This document shows positions 1 to 12,596 of a stretch of DNA of 64,000 nt, in pieces. The translations under genes were made by a program, and so were the position numbers. Position 1 is the first letter of the stretch. Every line of letters starts with the position of its first letter. This stretch comes from Botryllus schlosseri (lineage: Eukaryota). The notes below the pieces were generated by a model that did no database searches, was not told where the DNA came from, and saw nothing but the letters and a program-made list of their open reading frames with translations. The stretch is from assembly GCA_051294905.1 (NCBI GenBank), contig CM119371.1, forward strand, positions 14,882,001-14,946,000, read 5' to 3'.

Positions 1-419
1 GTATTGGAGGTCGGCGAGATGAAGTCGAAGTTTCTTTGTTCTGCAGATTCACTCCATCCTCATCAGAGTGGGTTGATCTCGAGCCAATGAGATATCCTGC
101 TGATAGCTGTGGTGTTGTTGCAGTTGATCAAAAGATATTTGTAACCGGTGGGTGGAGTGAAGAAGAGACCCTCGACAATGTAGAATGTTACGATGTCACT
201 TCAGCTCAATGGACTTCATTACCATCTATGAATGCATATCATGGTACCAATACTGGTTATCGCATCGGTAATTGGATTTTTGTAGTGGATGCATTCGGCG
301 ATTCTGATCTTGATGTGATTGAGAAGTACGATATATTGAACAAAAAATGGTACGGAATGAAAAAAGTCAATGAACTACTCTGTACCTGCGGATCTGTCAT
401 GGTGATGGAATATGGTTGA
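1..419 (+). CDS. Kelch-like gene copy A, 3' end only (last kelch blades); 5' part lies outside the window
   Basis: Open frame from position 3: IGGRRDEVEVSLFCRFTPSSSEWVDLEPM...TGGWSEEETLDNVECYD...EYG*. Collinear with the C-terminus of copy H. Intactness cannot be judged. Confidence 0.85.
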   Translation, partial: IGGRRDEVEVSLFCRFTPSSSEWVDLEPMRYPADSCGVVAVDQKIFVTGGWSEEETLDNVECYDVTSAQWTSLPSMNAYHGTNTGYRIGNWIFVVDAFGDSDLDVIEKYDILNKKWYGMKKVNELLCTCGSVMVMEYG

Positions 420-3400
420 AGGAGGACGCGGTATATTGTAAAGTGAAGTAAATACCTCTGTGAGTAGACTAATGTTCAAACATGCTTTGTTGAACTTGGA
501 ATAAGTCTCAGTTGTGCTGAAGCTTCAAAGTGATGTTTGACTGTGTTTGAGACGCCGTTTTATTGTAGTATGATCTAATTGTACATCTATTTGGAGACTG
601 CTGCTTTAAGTAAGAAAATAATTATTTGGCTATTAGATAATGACCATTCGTCGCTGCAGGTGATGGATCTGGCGTCTCTGATTATAGCCCAAGTTTTTTC
701 AACTATTTTACAGCTTCCGGCACTCTCCTAAATACTCAGAATTTATGTAGTATGATGTTTTAAGCTGTTTGAAGGAATTTTACATTGCAACTTTTTCTAT
801 TTTTCCATGCTACTTTTTACTCCAACTTTTATCAAGTATTGCGCAAAACGTAAAAGAGTGATTTCAAAAACATGCGATGAAACTATTTCCGGTATGGATC
901 TTTCTTCGAGCTATGTGATTGATTAGCTGCATCTCAATGTTGTCTATGACACAACGGCTTGTGAGCTAGCAGTTCAACAACCAGTGCTAAGCACGACAGT
1001 GCCTGAACTATATGTAAATAGATCGCTTGATTGATTCACCGTCATTTAAATTTGAGGTCTTTCCCCAATTGACAGACGCTCAGGCGAGACCGCCGAAAAT
1101 CACATAATCACCGGGTCACCTTTACAAGTTATTGCCAACACTGAGTTTCACTGCAATGCCTTGGACCATTTATCAGAGCCAGGGGGATCGGGATGTGGTA
1201 TTTGTGTTGTATGGGTTATCGCTTAGCTGTTTGGTTTTTTGCGGAAAACTATTCATGTTATTTTCGTGCTGCTTCTCCCGGCCTTGCGTGAAAAGGGAAA
1301 TTCGTCAGCTCCGCTGGAGCTGACAGCGAAAAGCTGTCATGTAGGTTACAAACCGAAAGAATATAAAAGTATGTGCATTTTCAGCTTATACTGCATGCTT
1401 AGCATGATTAGCTTATACTGGCATTATATACAGCAAATACGCGAGTTCATCAAAACAGTGAAGCTTCTCTGATCCATGTATGATAAGGATTCCGGCATGT
1501 ACTAATAAATGGATGCTACCATGGTAAATTTGAAGTGTTTTAAACATGTTTTTGATCCCTGTTCTTCCCGGCTAGGTAAACTCGTAATTTTGTCACCATA
1601 TACAAGCGACTAGGTTATTGGTGATATTAAACGCTTGCAAGACGGTGGAAAAGTAATTATTTAACATGTACACAGCTTGTTTATGAATTCTGCCACACTA
1701 TGACGTTACCTGTTTTTGACGTCATCGATCCCGCATTCCTATTGAAAATTAGCGTCTGACGCTTATGTCAAATGGTTACAAATTTTGAATTCGCAAGATG
1801 TATCCACACCACTAATGTAGAATGACCAATGACCAGGCATGTTTATTTTTGGCAAATGCCAAAAATACCAATACGGTACTGTAACAGCTTATTTTTCAGA
1901 TTTTGGAGTCTATGAAATCATGTTTGTAAACTTGAATTAACCATGTAAAACGCTTCAGTTTGGGTTTTCTTATCACACGACAGTCTGAAAACATGCAGTA
2001 TCCAATTTGCGCCATCACACAGCAAGATTAGGAACCGAATTAAAATGATATTGGAGAGCAAATTCATCCGATACAAAACGGACTGCTTCTGTGATACGTA
2101 ATATCAATGCATGCGAAATTACATCATTCACACAAGTCACTATACCACCTGTGGTAGTGATTCAAAAGGGTTTTTGAAACGTGTAGATCACAGCATTCAC
2201 TACGAAACGTATAGTTAGAAATCACGAGTGGCTTCAATACTAAATGTATTATGAGAAAATGTCCATCGGGCAAAGAAAAATTGATGAATGAGCTTGCCTT
2301 GATCACAGTTTTTGCTTATTGTACAAGTAATTCGACGCTGACAAAGTATTTTGAATTTTCCGTTTTCATGTCTTCATTCAGGTAGATGTTTTCTGTAACC
2401 TGTCAAAGAGGCTAATGTTGATGATTTTGTTCTAATCTTATAATTGACTAGCTTCTATTTATAAGTTTCATTGAATGTCTCTGCAATTTTCGAAAAATGT
2501 ATGAATGTGTTCCACTGTAGAATTATCAATCAATATATATATGGTTGGTTACCGGCAGTTATTTTGTCGATGTGAATGATTTGTATGTACTCTGACTTGA
2601 TTTTTGGTAATTTTGGCATCGCCTTGAAATCATGTTTGTAGACTTGAATTATCCATGTAAAACGCTTTAGTCTGGGTTTTATTATCTCACGTAAGTCTGA
2701 AAACGTGCGGTGTCCACTGCCATCACAAATCAAGATTACAAACCGAATTAACAATGATATTGGAGAGCAAATTCATCTGATACAAAACCGACTGCTTCTG
2801 CGATATCTAATCTCAATAGTTAATTCGGAAGCATGCAAAATTATTGCATTCACACAATTCACTATACCACTTGTGATAGTAATTCGAAAGGATTAGTTTG
2901 GATCACAGCATTCACTACCAAACGACTAGTTAGAAATCATGAACGTGGCTTCAATACCCGTGTATGATGGAAAAATTTCCATCGGGCAAAGAAAATCGAT
3001 GAATGAGCTTGCCTCGATCATATTTTTTGCTTATTGTACAGCTAATTCAAATGCATGGTAAACATTTAGTATTTTCATGTCCTAATTCAGGTAAATGTTT
3101 CGTATAATCAGTAAAAGAGGTTTTGTTTATGATTATTTTCCACCCTTGTAATTACCGTAACTGGCTTCTATTTGAAATTTTCATTGAATGTGTCTGCAAT
3201 TTTCGAAAAATGTGTGGTTAATGTATGCCACTGTGAAATTATCAATCCACATTAACGTGATGGTTACTGGCAGTTATCAATGCAAGTTATTTTGTGTGTT
3301 GATTTGTGTGTAGCCTACTTTGACTCTAATCATGTGTAGTTTTAAAACAGCACACTAGTCTTTAATATAGACATATCCTTGACAAGTGATTGTTGACCAA
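420..3400 (+). repeat. Repeated intergenic spacer of the array, with an internal ~700 bp tandem duplication (~1915-2590 vs ~2630-3320)
   Basis: Aligns by eye with 5637-5740 plus 9495-11830, with 40330-40885, and with 42198-42960. Confidence 0.85.
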
Positions 3401-3401
3401 T

Positions 3402-5006
3402 ATGCAGGTTGTTTGTCAGGATGTGGCGACGCATGCTGTGAGGATGCTCGAGGAATTACATCGAATGAAGCAAGATCATGATCATTGTGATTTCATAATC
3501 CAAGTCGGAGATGATGTCTATCGTACACACAAAAATGTATTGTCGGCTGGTTCCGCTTATTTTAGAGCCATGTTGAAGTATGATACGAAAGAGAGTCGCG
3601 ACAGAAAAGTCGTTTTGAAAGATGTGGATTCTTAGTGTGTGAAAAATTGCATCGATTTTATATATTCGGGTAAATTTGAGATTCCTGATGGAAGAATCAT
3701 TGAACTTCTTCACGTCGCAATTATGATGCAGCTGGATGATGTAAAGCAAGCCGTATCCAATATTTTGGAGGAATCAATCACCATTGTGAAATTACTTCTC
3801 TACCAGAAATGTTGGTGATTTTTACGGACTGGCGGATGTTTCTTCGAGATGCAGAATATTTTTACAAGAAAATATCATGGAAATCTCAGACCAAGCTGGA
3901 TTTGAAAGCATTGAAAAAGATGACCTTCTCAGTCTTTTGCAGTCAGGAAAACTGAAATTATGGGAAGAAGAAAAACTTGCATTATCGCTCAAATGGATCT
4001 AGAAATGTCAAAGTAAAAGCGAATATTTGCACGAATTTCTCAAAGTAATCAAGTTTGATCTAATATCCCCGGTATATTTGCAACAGATTTTAGAAACTCA
4101 CCCAGGTATAAGTAACGACTTCGACCTCTACAAGTTATTCAATGATCATATTATGGAATCTTCCGCTAAGAAAAAAGAAGATAATGACGCTGACAAATTG
4201 ATAATTCTTTTCGATGATGACGCAAAATGCCTCCGATCCTTGAATCCAATAACTGAGGAAATAGAAAAGTTCCATGATGTAACGTGTAGTTTATCGTTGA
4301 ATTCGACAGCAATTTCCCTTGACTCGTATATTTATGTATTTCGTGATTTTAGATCTGTTAATCGACTCAATTTTCAGACGAAAAATTCAAAATGGGAAAA
4401 AGTGGGTGATCTGATTTGCAACCATGGGAGGTCTCCATGCTCAGTGTGTTCAACTGGATCCATAATCGTTATTGGAGGAAGTAGTTTAACAGAAACAACT
4501 GATGTAGAAAGATTTGACCCATCGGTAAATCAATGGTTTCTACTAGGAAACAAACCGTCAGCCATTTCTAATGCAAGTCTCGTGTCTTTGGATGGTTCCA
4601 TCTATTGCATCGGAGGTTGGCGAAAGGGTGTCGAAGTTTCTTCGTTCTGCAGATTTACTCCATCCTTATCAGAGTGGGTTGATCTGGAACCCATGAGCAT
4701 CCTGCGGATTGCTGTTGTGTTGTTGCAGTTGATCAAATGATATTTGTGACCGGTGGGTGGAATGGAGAAAATACCACCGATGATGTGGAATGTTACGATG
4801 CTACTGCAGCTCAATGGACTACTTTGTCATCCATGATTTCATGTCATGGCGACAATACTGCTTATCGCATCGGCAATTGGATTTTTGTAGTGGATGTACT
4901 GGGAGAATCTGATGAGATTGAAAAGTACGATTTGTTGAACAAAAAATGGTGTAGGATGAAAGATAATGATACATTTTTCAGTGTCTCTGGATCTGCCATG
5001 GTGAAG
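3402..5006 (+). pseudogene. BTB-BACK-Kelch pseudogene copy B
   Basis: BTB motifs HCDFIIQVG and HKNVLSAGSAYFRAM. TAG at 3633-3635 (CAG in paralogs), frameshift ~3790, TAG at 4000-4002, frameshift ~4698. The normal stop is replaced by unrelated sequence after GSAMVK. Confidence 0.93.
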
Positions 5007-5489
5007 TGGGATGCTCTAACGTGGACTAAAACCCCCTGAACCCCCACCGTCAGAACTGCCAGATTGTTCTTTTGCACAACCTCTGTGTCAAAACTATGGC
5101 CATGTATTTTGGCGCTGGGAATGGTTCTATAAATTCAATGATTAATATCAATCTCGGGTTAATGGACATCAGAAAAGTGCAGATTCGGATATTGAAATGC
5201 TTTAAACAAAATGTGGTTTAGTATTCTTCAAAGTCCTATCTCGTACAAAATTATCCTTCCTACTGTAGTTCGCTGTGAAAACTTGGGTGATATAAGTAGC
5301 CTATTTTTAATACTGGAATTCGGATTATTATCAATTTCAACTCTATTCAAATGGAGCAAGTTTCGAGTCCAAGTCGAAGTTTGCTCTGGAATTGCTACCA
5401 TTTATCCATGCGGTCACAGGAATGACTTAAAGATCTTTTTTTTTTGGCGACCGCGCGATCGAGCTCGGCCATTTATTAATTTTGCTTCG

Positions 5490-5636
5490 GGCAATTTGAT
5501 TTTTGTAGTGGCTAGATTTAGAGGTTCCGATGTCATTGAGAAGTACGATTTATTGAACAAAAAATGGTATAGAATGAAAAAAGCTGATGAATTAATTAAT
5601 CTCTGTGGATCTGCGATGGTGAAGGAATATGGTTGA
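5490..5636 (+). pseudogene. Orphan 3' fragment of a kelch-like copy (last blade plus stop)
   Basis: GNLIFVVARFRGSDVIEKYDLLNKKWY...GSAMVKEYG*, followed by the same 3' flank (aggaggacgc...) as copies A and G. Confidence 0.85.
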
Positions 5637-6136
5637 AGGAGGACGCAGTATATTGTAAAGAGAACGAAATACCTCTGTGAGTAGACTAAATAAAGTCTCA
5701 GCTGTGCTGAAGCTTCAATGTTTGATCTGTTTTGTTGTGTGAGAGAGAGAGGATATTCTTTTACGGTCGGGAGGTCATCTAGTCTGCACCCCCGTTTTTT
5801 TCTCCTTCATGCTATCCATGACAGACATGGGGTAATCGCGATTAGTAATCGTAATCGATTACGACGATTACAGCATTTTCAAGTAATCGTAATCGCAATC
5901 GATTACATTAGAAAAAATTCTGAAGAAATCGTAATCGACTACTTCCCATATCTAATCGATTTCTTTGTGAAAGAACGATTACTTTTTATTTGTACAAGGA
6001 TTATGACATAAACTGAACATTCGTGTACATGGAAGAGATATTTTGCCATGTTAGTGATAGCTCAAACGTATGATTTTCAAACGCCACTGGTCATTATTAC
6101 GTCAGAAGTATTATCCTTGCTCGTCATTGCGTAAGA

Positions 6137-7671
6137 CAGTGGTTCCCAACCTTTTCCATCTCGTGCCTCCCTTGGCCGGAATTTTAGCCAAAATTCCCCC
6201 CTTAGGATAAATCTGCCCGATGAATAAAAATGCTCATTTTTACCGCGCAAACACCTGTTGACTGTGAGAATAAGACGGGCGGTATCGAGTGTTTGTTTCT
6301 AGCAGTGCTGTAATAACACTTTGTAGAACTCCAAAAACCATGGTCTTGGTCCCAATCACACAAATTCTGGAAGGCTTGACTCAACAGACCCCCACACTTC
6401 CATTTGTGTTTCCGGCTTACCGTGCACCAATCGCTTATATAACTGCTGTGAAAAATCAGTATCCATAAATTTACTGGTCTCGCTTTTTTTTTCTCAAGTT
6501 TGCGTATGCATTTGGCCAACAATAGTGGTACTTTCATATATAGAAGAGTTGACCAGACTCGAGTTTGACTCGAGTCACCATTTTCTGATACCTAGACTTG
6601 ACTCGAGTCATTTTCTCAAAATACGGAAACGACTCGACTCGAGACAATCTGGGTATTGACTCGACTTGGACTCGAGTCATTGTGCATGACCCGAACCAAG
6701 TCATATGACTCAAAACTATAACACGGCCAAGACCGACATTTCATTGTAATTTCGAAGAACAGTAAAGTGACAACCCTGTTGGAATTTCGTCTATTGATCC
6801 TGGTACTTGACAATGTGACAAGAAACTGCTCAAAGTGAGGAAAATTAGTATGCCATAAATCCAAATCATTCAATATCACCAAACAGTGTTGACTTGAGTG
6901 GGACTTGGACTCGTACTCGAGTCATAATACCATGACTCGGACTCGACCGTCTGCTCGGTGACTTGGACTCGGACTTGACTCAATGGTGAATTGAAAATGA
7001 CTCGACTTGACTCGAGTCAAAACTATGAAAGTGAGATTGACTTGTGACTCGGAGCCTCATGACTGGGTTACAGCCCTGATATATAACATACACGTGATCA
7101 GATTCCCTGCTGGAGCGCATTGAAATTTAGGACACCCATTACGTTTTTGCAACATTGCACCAAGTTTACCACGTCTTTTTTCGATCGGGTAGCTGTCCAC
7201 TAAAAATAAAGCAAGGCTAGCGATCTCTTTGACTTGAATTGATGACGTTGGAATATTTAGTCACTGTCTGAAAATGTTGACTTGAAAATATAAGATAAAT
7301 ACTTTCACTAGAGGCCTTGTTGTGATAGATTCGGCACGACATTTACTCGCTTAGGATATATTTGATTGAGAAGCCGTCGCTGGCCTACAAAATTGTCTTG
7401 CGAACTGCAGCACATCTGAACTAGTTAGAAAGAAAAAAGGGGTTGGGGGGGATTTGTATATGAAAAAGAGATTTTAGATAGCATTTGAACATACTTTCAG
7501 CAGACAAAAAACAGCCATAAGGAGCATACGTTCGGATATATCTGGTTGTCTACATGACAGTTCGAACATGAACAATTTGGGAAATCCGTTACAATTCTAA
7601 AGTGGAATTCCTCCCTAAAAATTGCAAAATTCCCCCCAAGGGGGGAATTCCTCCCCGGTTGGGAACCACTG
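6137..7671. mobile_element. hAT Charlie/Buster-like MITE
   Basis: TIR cagtggttcccaacc / ggttgggaaccactg; perfect TSD gcgtaaga. Confidence 0.92.
6545..7078. mobile_element. GACTCGAGTC/GACTT-rich MITE nested in 6137-7671
   Basis: Dense gactcga/gacttga motifs; right end ttacagccctg; left end decayed (approximate). Similar to 38986-40320. Confidence 0.7.
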
Positions 7672-8219
7672 GCGTAAGACGTATCTACATGTAGTAAATA
7701 GATATTCGATGCACATTGTAGCGCGATTGAAAGAATACTCGCTATGCCGCATATCAGGTTATCAATACACCCCAGACGCCACTACCTCGCTGCAGGATAA
7801 TAATCACCACTCTTCCTAGTTCCAAATAGTAACTTATATATTGATGCTAGGTTATGCTTCATTACGCTTTGGATTACTAACCGGTGGCTTCCGTAGGTTA
7901 GTAATCTATAGTTGAACGCAGTTTGACCGTTGCTGGTTGGCGAGCAGTAGGCATATGTGCGTACGTAAAAACACCCGACAAAGATTTGATATTTTGTACT
8001 CGTCAAATGAAACATTACGATTTCCACAACGAAGCATTAAATCAACAGCTGCTGATGCATATCATAACAGAGCTTGTAGTATATGTATTAGGTGGACGGC
8101 ATAATAGTATGTTAGCTTTATCTGATTCTCATATGACTGAAACGGGCGCCAATCAATATTTCGCAATCGCCATAGCCATCCGCTTCTACACTAGGTAAAG
8201 AGTGGGTTATAGCTAGAAT

Positions 8220-9001
8220 CAGGACCAAAACAGCAATTCGTCCCCCGCTCTAAAAGTTGGTCTTGGGCCCCATAGGAATGTTCTGGTCATTTTTCAAGTT
8301 GATGACTGCATTTCGTAAATAATATTGGTAATTCCATTATATCATTACTCTCCCAGCCCCCGATGGTCGGATTTACCTGAAGAGCTGAGGAGACGTAATT
8401 GACAATTATAACTTCTGGTTTGTTGTTCTAACTATATTATTGTATGTTGTTGATTAGTTACCTGTTACCTGTTATATAATCAAAAGATATTGTAGTCGCC
8501 CATCGCCCAAACGCAGCAGACTAAAAGAAAAACTTTCGTCAGACGCACACACAAATTGTCATGTCTTCATTCCTTTGGGGGTGCGCCGGGTGACATTTGA
8601 TTTGTGGGGCTGAGATTGGAATGACAGTACTATTCGTCACGCCCACCCAGCGCGACTTTTGCATAGGACACATACCTAAAGTTCCGGCTAAGGTCTTTGA
8701 CAGCACACTTCGTGGAGTCGGACGTTAGTCAAAACTGCATATGTCCTTTGGGGTGTTATGGCGTGGTAATAACCGGCACCGAAATGTCTACTCCTATAAA
8801 TCATGCTTTTGTCTAAGGAGGAGAGGTATGCATTTCAAAATCAAGCCATCTAGAGACACTAAATCGAAGAAAACTCCCAAGTTAATATAATCTCTCGAAA
8901 ATACTCCATAATTTATGTTGATTTATGAAATACTTTTGACTCCCCTTCGAGCTCGCTTCCAACCCTATTGGGGAGTTTGGGGTGCGACAGTTACGAACCA
9001 G
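8220..9001. mobile_element. hAT-type MITE of the same family as 51058-52411, inverted
   Basis: Both ends match the reverse complement of the ends of 51058-52411; degenerate TSD gctagaat/gtaagaat. Confidence 0.7.
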
Positions 9002-10996
9002 GTAAGAATGCAAATCATTGGGTGCGATAAATCGTCTGCGATGGGGGCAATGAGTACATTATGACGTAACAAGCAAATGACGTCTCATTTATAAAGAATA
9101 AAGTTGTTATTTCATTAGGCCTTTTCATCGCAATCCTTAATTCCTTATATTGTCTTCCAATATATCTTCTAAGATTAGTTCTGAGAAGCAAAATGAATGC
9201 AATCGTGAGTAATCGTGATGACGTTTCCAATGTAATCGTAATCGACTACTTCCGGATTTTGCTGTAATCGTAATCGTAATCGCAATCGCGTGATTCAGAA
9301 GTAATCGTAATCGCAATCGATTACATTCATGAAGTAATCACCCCATGTCTGATCCATGATTGTTGAGCGCCTAGCAGGATAGCTACGGATACCGGACTAA
9401 TTCTCAAGTCTTTGGTATGACCCGGCCGGGGATCGAACCCACGACCTACGGATCGAGAAGCTCGATGCACGACCATTACACTATCTCTCTCGGTGTGCAT
9501 GATCTGGTTGTACTACTACTTGGAGACTGCTTCTTTGAGTGGGAAAATTATTCTTTGTTGATTGGATAATGACCATATTCGTCGTTGCAGCTGATATGTC
9601 TGACGTCTCTGACTATAGAGCAAGTTTTTTCAACTTTTTTACAGCTTCCGGTAGATTCCAAATACTCAGAATTCATGTAGTATAATGTTTTGAGCCGTTT
9701 GAATGGATTTTAGATTGCAACTTTTTCTCTTTTTTCATGCTACTTTTTACTACAACTTTTATCAAGTATTGCGCAAAACGTAAAAGGGTGATTTTGAAAA
9801 TATGCGATAAACCTATTTCCAGTATTGGATCTCTCTTTGAGCTGTGTGATTGATTAGCTGCATCTCATGTTGTCCATGACACAATGGCTGGCGAGCTAAA
9901 AGTTCAAAAACCCGTGCTAAGCACGTCAGTGCCTGAACTATATGAAAATATATCGCTTGATTGCTTCACCGTCGTTTAAATTTGAGGTCGTTCCCCATTT
10001 GACAGACGCCCAGGCGAGACCGACCAAAATCACATCACTGAGCCACATTTTCAAGCTAATGATTTTTTTAAAGTCACCAACACTGAGTTTCACTGCAATG
10101 CCTTAGGTCAAGTTATCAGAGCTAGGGGATGGGGATGTGGTATTTGACTTGTATGGGTTATCGCTTTGCTGTTTGGCTTTTTGCGGTAAACTATTCACAT
10201 TATTTTCTTGCTGCTTCTCCCGGCCTTACGTGAAAAGGGAAAGCACCAAATTCGTCAGCTCTGCTGGAGCTGACAGTGAAAAGCTGTCATGTAGGTTACA
10301 AACCGAAAGAACATAAAAGTGTATGCATGATCAGCTTATACTTAGCTTATACTGAATGCTTAGCATGATTAGCATATACTGGCATTATATACAGCAAATA
10401 CGCGAGTTCATCAAAAGAGTAAAGCTTTTCTGATCCATGTATGATAGCGATTTCCGCATATACTAATAAATGGATGCTACCATGGTAAATTTGAAGTGTT
10501 TTAAGCCTGTTTTTTAATCCCCGTTCTTCTCGGCTGGGTAAACTCGTAATTTTGTCACCAAGCGACTAAGTTAATGGTGTTACTAAACGCTTGCAAGTCG
10601 GTGTAAAAGTAAATATGTAGCATTTACACAGCTTGTTTATGAATTCTGCCGCACTATGACGTTACCTGTTTTTGACGTCATCGATCCCGCATTCCTATTG
10701 AAAAGTAGCGTCTGATGCTTATGTAAAATGGTTACAAATTTTGAAATTGCAAGATGTGTTCTAACCACTAACGCTAAATGACCGAGGACTAGGCATGTTT
10801 ATATTTGGCATAGCTTATTTTTCAGATTTTGTTTTATGTGGTTTTGGCGTCTCCATGATATCATGTTTGTAATCGTGAATTGACCATGTAAAACGCTTTA
10901 GTTTGGGTTTTCTTATCGCACCGAAGTCTGAAAATGTGCAGTACCCAATCTGTACCATCACACAGCAAGATTAGAAACCGAATTACCAATGATATT

Positions 10997-11246
10997 AGAG
11001 AGAGAGAGAGATATGATATTCTTTCTCGCCTGCACCATCGAGATGCTTTGGCGACGGAGTTGCGATACGGCCCCATGAGGTCATCTAGTCTGCGCCCCCG
11101 TTTTTTTTCTCTCCTCCATGCTATCCGTGATTGCTGAGCGCCTAGCAGGATAGCTGCGATACCATTATATGACCCGGCCGGGGATCGAACCCACGACCTA
11201 CCGCTCGAGAAGCCGGACGCATAACCATTACACTATCTCGATCGGT
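10997..11246 (-). mobile_element. tRNA-derived SINE, uninterrupted copy
   Basis: A box TAGTGTAATGG, B box GGTTCGATCCC, (TC)n tail. Absent from the paralogous site gatattggagagcaaattc at ~2048 and ~2756. Confidence 0.88.
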
Positions 11247-12596
11247 GAGAGAGAGAGCAAATTCCTCCAATACAAAACGGACTGCTTCTGTGATACGTAA
11301 TATCAATAGTTGATTTGCTACGCACACAATTCACTATACCACTTGTGCTAGTAATTAAAAAGGGATTTGGATGCATTTAGATCACAGCATTCACTACGAA
11401 ACAAATAGTTAGAAATCACAAGTGGTTTCAATACTCAACGCATTATGGAAAAATGTCTATAGAGCAACGAAAAATCTATCAATGATCTTGCCTCGGTCGT
11501 AGATTCGTAGTTCATTGTTGCTTATTGTACAGCTAACCCCATGCAGGCTAAATATTTGGTCTTTTCCGTATTCCTGTCTTCATTCAGGTAGATGTTTTCT
11601 ATAACAAGTAAAAGAGGTTAATGTTGATGATTTTGTTCCACCTTTTTAATTAACTGGCTGCAATGGGAAATGTTAATTGAATGTCTCTGCAATTTTCGAA
11701 AAATGTGTGGTTGTATTCAATTGTGAAATCATCAATCAATATTAAAGTACGGTAGTTTGTTACCGGCAGTTATCAATGCAGGTTATTTTGTCGATATGAA
11801 TGATTTGTGTGTATTTTGAAAACAGCACTTTGCTGATAAATTGGTAATTCTTTTTGATCGGTACAACAAATGCCCCCGGTCCTTAAATCCAATGAATGAA
11901 AAAGTAGGAAGATTTCATGATGCAAAGTTTGACTTCTGGTATTTCACAGCGATTTCCCTCAACTCATATATTTATGCCTTTTGTGGAGACAAATCTGTTC
12001 ATCGACTCAATTTCCGACAAAAAAATTCCAAATGGCAAAAATAGATGATATGATTTGCAAGCACGGGGATCTTCCTCGCTCTGTGTCATTGTGCGGAGCA
12101 ATATTTGTTATTGGAGGAAGTAGCACACAATCGAATGATGTGGAGAAATTTGACTACTCTGAAAATAGATGGTTTCAACTCCAAAACAAGCCTCTAGAGC
12201 AATTTGTAGAGCAAGTCTTGTATCATTGCACGATTCTGTGTATTGTGTCGGAGGTTGGCGAAATGGTTTTGAAGTTTCTTCCTTCTGCAGATTCACTCCA
12301 TCCTCGTCAGAGTGGGTTGACCTCGAGGCAATGCGATATCCCGTGTGTGGGTGTGGTGTTGTGGCATTGGTCAAAATATATTTGTGATCGGTGGGTGGAG
12401 TGGACGAAAGAAAGTCAATACCGTGGAATGTTACGATGTTACTTCATCTCAGTGGACTTCATTGCCATCTATGAATTCATGTCTTAGTTTCATTAAGCTT
12501 AATACATCGGCAATTGGATTTTTGTGGTGTTTGTGGTTGTGTTTAAGGTGCATAGTATAACAACTAGTATAACAACTGGCTGCTCTGCAACTTGAT

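Larger units (their letters stand above)
5822..9351. mobile_element. hAT-type non-autonomous element with GTAATC subterminal repeats; hosts further insertions
   Basis: TIR cagacatggggt / accccatgtctg; perfect 8-bp TSD atccatga (5814-5821, 9352-9359). Confidence 0.9.
5741..9494 (-). mobile_element. tRNA-derived SINE split by a nested MITE stack (halves 5741-5821 and 9352-9494)
   Basis: Minus-strand head with A box TAGTGTAATGG and B box GGTTCGATCCC, and a (TC)n tail. The two halves join to match the uninterrupted copy at 10997-11246. Confidence 0.85.

Noticed and set aside
3456..3749. Recurrent antisense ORFs over the BTB region (also 16632-17147, 40940-41233)
   Set aside because: Shadows of the duplicated sense CDS with no independent protein features.
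5211..5636. 141-aa ORF as a real gene
   Set aside because: Only the last 48 codons are kelch-derived; the rest is chance open frame in unrelated sequence.
11165..11246. tRNA gene (also 9415-9494)
   Set aside because: A and B boxes are present but continue into a shared body and (TC)n tail, and are absent from paralogous empty sites. These are SINE heads.
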